Assembly (NCBI GenBank): GCA_020137815.1
Contig: CM035356.1
Coordinates: 62,001 to 126,000 of the forward strand
Length of the DNA: 64,000 nucleotides
Direction of reading: 5' to 3'
Source: Hormiphora californensis
Lineage: Eukaryota; Animalia; Ctenophora
In this document: in pieces, positions 58,447 to 64,000 of the stretch
How the letters are laid out: each line of letters starts with the position of its first letter
Position numbering within the stretch: position 1 is the stretch's first letter
Position numbers and translations under genes: made by a program
Notes under the pieces: model-generated
The model's database searches: none
The model's input: only the letters and a program-made list of their open reading frames with translations
What the model was told of the DNA's origin: nothing

Positions 58447-58708
58447 AGAGCTAGGAGATGACTCCGAAAATGAACCCTGAAATGTATTTATTTTCTGTCG
58501 TGGACTATTTTTAAACTTTTACCAAATTCAACAGCTTGTACTCGAAGAAGTTTAATTGAAGGAAAAGTATCTGTGAAAGCGAGAAGAAGATGATAGAGAC
58601 TCACAAATAGACACTATATAATATGATATAGTATATCTGATCGGTCCCGTGATTTTCTAGCCACTCAGCTACTACAGAAGTTGGTGTTGTTACTTAACTA
58701 AAACTCTT

Positions 58709-59426
58709 GGTGACATAGACACCGTGCGCAACCAAGATTGAGCTCACACACAGGTGTCTGCTCCGCCTCAAAAAGGGTCGTTTCTTTCAAGGGATGTTGC
58801 ACGCGATCCACTGGACCGATTTGCATCCGGTTTGTCGCAAAAGACTACAAATGATCCTAATATACTGGAAAATACCCGATAAGTTTGTCTGTCAACAGGA
58901 AGTGGGTCAAAATTGACACTAAAGTCAAACCTATAATCTGGCTTCCGAGAGTTTCTGCACTACACCCATGCGATTTAGAAGATATTGGGAGATATTTTGA
59001 TGCAATTAGCATCAGCTATTTAATGCCGGGTATTTTCCAGTACTCACAAGAGTTCAACCTATCTTCTGATACCCTCAGATCCATTCTACACCGTCTGGGA
59101 GTGGTGCAAAAAGGCTCGGAAGCCAGATTATAGATTTGACTTCAGTGTCAATTTTGACCCACTTCCTGTTGACAGACAAACTTCTCGGGTATTTTCCAGT
59201 AAACTAGGACCAATTTGTAGTCTTTTGCAACAAACCGGATGCAAATCGGTCCAGTGGATCACGTGCAATTTGGCTTGAAAGACACGACCCCTGTCAAAGC
59301 ATTGGCCTGACCCTATTCTCATTCTGTGGTCAGAGCATTGGCCTGACAGCACGACCCTTTTTTAGGGGGCGGAGCGGACACCTATGTGCGAGCTCGATCT
59401 CGCACGCACTAGGTGTCAATGTCACC
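58709..59426. mobile_element. TIR element with long flanking duplication
   Basis: GGTGACAT(A/T)GACACC TIRs. AACTAAAACTCTT on both sides (58696-58708, 59427-59439). Confidence 0.8.
59291..59349 (+). mobile_element. 59-bp minimal element with direct-repeat palindromic ends
   Basis: 8-bp TSD CACGACCC (59283-59290, 59350-59357). The empty site is visible in the opposite arm of the host element (~58775). Confidence 0.85.
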
Positions 59427-60105
59427 AACTAAAACTCTTAGTAAGAGATTCCATACGGAGGTCACAATACCTTTACTTTACACTCAGATAAAAGTTAAAG
59501 AGTGCTGAATTATATCCGATGACACATTTATTTTTACCCTAATTTAACTGATTACCTTTTCATTATAACACAACGCCAAAATATGCTATGTACATTATTG
59601 TAAGCATTGCTAAATAATGTAAATTGAAATATGTTGTAGTTTGACTCAAACTTTGAGGTAGAGGTCGACACACACCATTCAACAAATTTGGAGCATACTT
59701 TGGCGTTGTTTTGACTTTTAATAGGAAGATTTGGAATTGGGAAAAGGAAAATATAGAAAGATATAATACAAGCACTTTTCATGACAATAATTAATTACTG
59801 CACATGTGGGCAGTATGTACATATAAATCTGTTGAATTTTCACCTCGATATACGAGGGTAGAAGAAAGCATTGTCTGTTAGCACCGACCCAATCTGAGCA
59901 CACTGTCAAAAGGGGTGTGGCGACACCAGACAGGTATACTGGAGGACACATCAAGATGTATCGACACTTCGTTGTGGCTCCGAACACAACAATTATTAAC
60001 TCTCACATAATTTCAAATGTCCATGATTTACACACAAGAAACGGAGATCAAATAGAGCAGCAATTGAGTTGTCTAGTAGACCGTTAACACCGCAAGGTTG
60101 TCACG

Positions 60106-63100
60106 CTACCGAGCCACAGGTCCGATCAAATATACGTTGTCATAGGCATGAGCTGAAATAAATAGAGGGTTAATGATGTAGAGTCTACAGTAGACGAGGG
60201 TATGAATTTGGGGTAATCCAACCTATATACATATACTCATTGGAAAGATAATTTCGAGCCAAAGAAAAGTTTTTTACTCAAGGTAAACAATATTTCAGAA
60301 TTCACGAATGAATGGCAGGAATGTTCATTCATGAAAAATGAACTTTTGAAATTTAATTTAAAAACAAAGCCATCCTGTCAGAGCATTGGCCTGACCCTAT
60401 TCTCATTTCTCTCAAATAAGGGTCAGGAGCCATTTGGTGTTAGGGGGAGATAATTTGACCTCGTGACATATCACGTGTATGCGTGTAGCCTAACGCGTAA
60501 ACGCCAATTAGAGAGTTCAGAAGATAATTCTTCTAGCGCTCATGTGTTCACTGGTCAATCTTCGCGCCTTACTGCAGGTCGGAACACCCATGTGTGTATA
60601 GGGGGGGGGGGGGGGCGAGAGTGATGACATGATATATCTCTACCTAACCCCCTGGTTTTTTAGTGTTTCATCTCTCTTCATGTCTATTACTGATTAATGT
60701 GAATGCTCATGTTACACACATGTCCGTTATAATATGGGGTTCTTTCATGATCCGTGCATACACTGAATGAAACAACCGGGAGAATTTCTTGAAAATATGA
60801 AAAATTCGAGAGCTAGATAGAAGGATAGAAAGATTGAAAAATACTGAGAAGGATGAAGGGTAAAGAGATAAAAATGGAAAAATAGAAGCATGGAAGAATG
60901 AAAAATATGAGAAGGGAAAAAGAGAGAAAGTGAGGAAGAGAGAAGGGGGGGAGAGGAAGGGAAAAAGGGGAAAAGAAGATAAAAAACGAGAGAGAGAGGG
61001 GAAAAAATTGAGAAGAAGGAGGAGAGAGGAGAGAGAGAGAGATAAGAGGGGAAAAAGGGGGATGGGGGGGGGGGGAAAAACTCTCTCTCTCCTTTTCTTT
61101 CTCTCTCTCCCTTTTTCTCCTTCTCTCTCTCCCCCTCTCTCTCCTCTCTTCTCCTTTCTCTCTCTTTCTCTTTCTCTCTCTCTCTCTCTCCCTTTTTTTT
61201 TCTCTCTTTCCTCTCTCTCTCTCCCTCTCTTCATTCTCTCTCTCTCTCCTCTCTCTCTCTCTCCTCTCTCTCCTCTCCTCACCGTCCTCTCTCCTCCTCT
61301 CTCTCTCCTCATCCTCTCTCTCTCCTCTCTCTCTCTCTCTCTGTCCCCTATCGTTCCTTCTATCCTAAATCCCCCTTTATCCTATATCTAATCCAAATAT
61401 CCCCTATCCATAAATCCAACATAGTACCATGGAGCTTCTAACGTTGTTGGGGGGAAGTCTAAGTGGATTAAAAAAAAAAACAAAAAACAAACCTTTGAAT
61501 TATTATGACTACTAGCGGCAATAGCTTTGAAAATATCGAATAGTCCTGAGAAGAGTGAAGAGAATGCACCAAACTACCTCCCCTTCCCCTGAAGTCCTAC
61601 ATTTAAATAGTTATGGCACAAATGGCCCCCCTATCCACGGATCAGAGCGAGAGTGAGAGAAGGGAGAGAGAGACAGAGAGAGAGAGCGAGAGAGGGGAGA
61701 GAAAGAGCTGCGATAGAGCGATAGAGAGAGCGAGAGAGGATCTATAGTTAGAGAGAGAGAGAGGATAATAGAGATAAGAGATCGCGCGCTAGGAGGGCGA
61801 TAAGGAATATCTACGCTATACCAATATGAGACCTAGAGGAGAGCGAGAGAGGCGAGAGAGAGAGCAGAGCGAGGAGATCGATTAGAGATAGACCCTCTCT
61901 ATATGTCTCTGTCCTTCTGTCGTATTCTCTCTATTACCTAACCGCGCGCGCTCGCGCCGCGCGCCCGCGCGCCCGCGCGCTCTCCCCGCTCTCCCCCCGG
62001 GTGAATCTGCACCGGTGTACCCCGCTCCCGCAGCCGTTTCCTCATTCTTGCCATATTAGCGAGAGCTCAAGAAGCCTAGCGACCGCCAGTGTGAGGGATT
62101 GGTTCAGTGGTACCCTATTCAATAACTATAGGGCATTGCATGGTCCTACCAACGGCCTGTCTACAACGGCCCCCACCGCCCCCTTATACATGCCTGTCTC
62201 ACCCTCCCTACCATTTCCCCTTCCTTCTCTTCTTTTTTGGCTAACCCTCCCTACAATTTCCTTTTCCGTTTCATTTCTTTTTCTTTCTTCTTCTTTTCTC
62301 TATTTCTACTTTCTTCTTTCTTCTCATTTCTTCTTTCCCTCAACTCTCCCTGCTTTTCCCTTTACTTCTTCCCCTCATCCTCACTATTTGAAACCGCTTT
62401 CCACTTGGAGGCAGTGATGAATTCCTCGCAACAAGGTTTTTTTTTTTTTTTGGTTTTTGGAAAAAAAATTCAGTATTATTATATGCTGGACTATAACACA
62501 TCCAGGTCCTCGTGTTTCCATCAGCATCCTTCTAATTTCACTCAATACCCCGTCTCAACTCTCAAGATGATCTGAGTACCCAATTAAAAAGAGGTATGTG
62601 TGGTATGGGGCAGTAAGCAGCACACTGTCACCCGAATAGGACTGATTGACTCCCAATTAGAAATTGCATCTGGAATCATGATTCCAATTGAAATCTCTAA
62701 TTGATTAATCAGTAATTCAATCACTGCTCAACGCACATATCCAAGCGATTGCATCTTTCTTTGGTTTAGGTTTAGTTCGTGTGCACTGCTTTTCCGAGAT
62801 TTCTAGCTTACAATTGCTATAGTTTTTGACAATACTGCTGTATTGAACCCACTGATCTCAGCACCATTCTTTGTTCATCAATAGAGCTTCAGCTAGTGAT
62901 CATTAAGCTTTTCAGACTGCCCTGCCCACTCAGTGTCGCTAGCTCAATTGATCACATTCCCACCGTATAGTGGTCCACCTGCTTCATCCTAGCCTCATGA
63001 CTCATCTGAGTTTTTAAATGCAAATGCAATGGGACACTATGATTCATAGCATGAAACAAAACGAAGACCGCAAACGATGATCATGTAAACTGCAACGCTT

Positions 63101-63669
63101 TTTGGGTATAGTTATTCGGACGTCTCTCCACTTTTTCTCTTGTCGATTGCTTTCGGAAAGTTTTATGAAATGTTCCGACCACTTTTCTGACAACATTTCT
63201 CGATAGTGGGTTCAATATAGGCGCGGCGCTACTGTTTTAAAAGCGCGTTCGTCTATTTGCGCGTCCCTTTTGATCCCCAGAGATCACTAACGTGACGTCA
63301 TTTGCAAATGGCTCCTGACCCTGTTCTGCACGCGGAGCGCGCGAGAACTGTGGTCAGAGCATTGGCCTGACAGAAGCCATCAGTTAGGAAGGAATTAATC
63401 CAGCACACTCCCGTAGTTTGTTTTCACACAACTATCACCGTTTTTGCGTGACAGCTCGCCAACCGACCCACAGAATATATGGGACACCCTGTAGTTAGTA
63501 CTAATAGTAGTTACCACACAACACTCACCTAGATAATCCTGATCGACACCGGGCGTGAGGTGTCGGGTATTTCTTATGAATTCCCTCTTGCTCATCTTGT
63601 TCTTGATTAGTGGATGGGTAAGGTCGGTTCCCAGTAACATAAGAGAGAAACAGATGTTGTATACAACCT
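60106..63669 (-). CDS. FBXO8: F-box only protein 8 (Sec7-like domain), last two exons; gene continues beyond the window
   Basis: Exon 63669-63529 VVYNICFSLMLLGTDLTHPLIKNKMSKREFIRNTRH..QDYL and exon 60152-60106 AHAYDNVYLIGPVAR* match the FBXO8 C-terminus. Confidence 0.85.
60375..63373 (+). mobile_element. 3-kb member of the direct-repeat-end family, in FBXO8 last intron
   Basis: CTGTCAGAGCATTGGCCTGACC...GGTCAGAGCATTGGCCTGACAG. 8-bp TSD AAGCCATC (60367-60374, 63374-63381). Subterminal IR AGGGTCAGGAGCCATTTG / CAAATGGCTCCTGACCCT. Confidence 0.85.
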
Positions 63670-64000
63670 CTATAAAAGAATAGGGTTATCAGCTTGTGAG
63701 TAGCTTAATTGTAAATATATAGGAAAGAGATGAGGGACACACACAATCGGCATTTGCTATCAGATGCACCGATTGTGAAGAATGCATGGACATTAAGTTG
63801 AGATATTTCACTCGATTAGCTTTCACATTTTGTCATAACCCCAAACCAACAGTCACGCTGAGAATTATCATATTGAATGGAATGTATACAGTGACTTGTT
63901 CTGTTCAAACCTTTTTATTTTATTTTATAAAGGGAGGGTTGAACAAGGCAAACAGTGACTACCAGAAAAACGGAAAACCTACCGTTTGAGAGACCTGTTC

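Noticed and set aside
60700-62460. R/E-rich and L/S/F-rich ORFs (60707-61312, 60930-61391, 62001-62417)
   Set aside because: Degenerate purine/pyrimidine microsatellite and probably low-quality sequence, with no domain signal.

Overview
Eukaryotic (animal) genomic DNA, dense in transposons. A ctenophore-like invertebrate is my inference only, from nested genes, AG acceptors abutting start codons and X-box-like repeats. Spliced genes reconstructed by hand from GT-AG junctions and frame continuity: TMCO1 (-), proteasome beta-2 PSMB7 (+), a 2-exon orphan (+), EDF1/MBF1 (+), a ~1,727-aa hnRNP U/UL1-like gene with very long repeat tails (+) and the 3' end of FBXO8 (-). There is also an intronless RING-H2 gene (-). 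Two genes are nested antisense in introns: an intronless FAS-like KS-AT-ACP protein whose ketosynthase lacks the catalytic triad (in PSMB7) and a secreted SUEL/rhamnose-binding lectin (in the hnRNP U-like gene). Most other sequence is nested non-autonomous transposons (Kolobok-, piggyBac-, Tc1/mariner-, hAT-, Merlin/MULE- and Helitron/Helentron-like), LINE fragments, a tRNA-like SINE and microsatellites. Top leads: (1) the dead-KS FAS-like nested gene; (2) an operon-like four-gene run with putative trans-splice acceptors; (3) a CRE-like retrotransposon inserted at a TTAGGG junction with an 11-bp TSD; (4) an 8-bp-TSD element family whose ends are directly repeated recombination-site-like palindromes. 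All coordinates were read by eye and no database searches were run.
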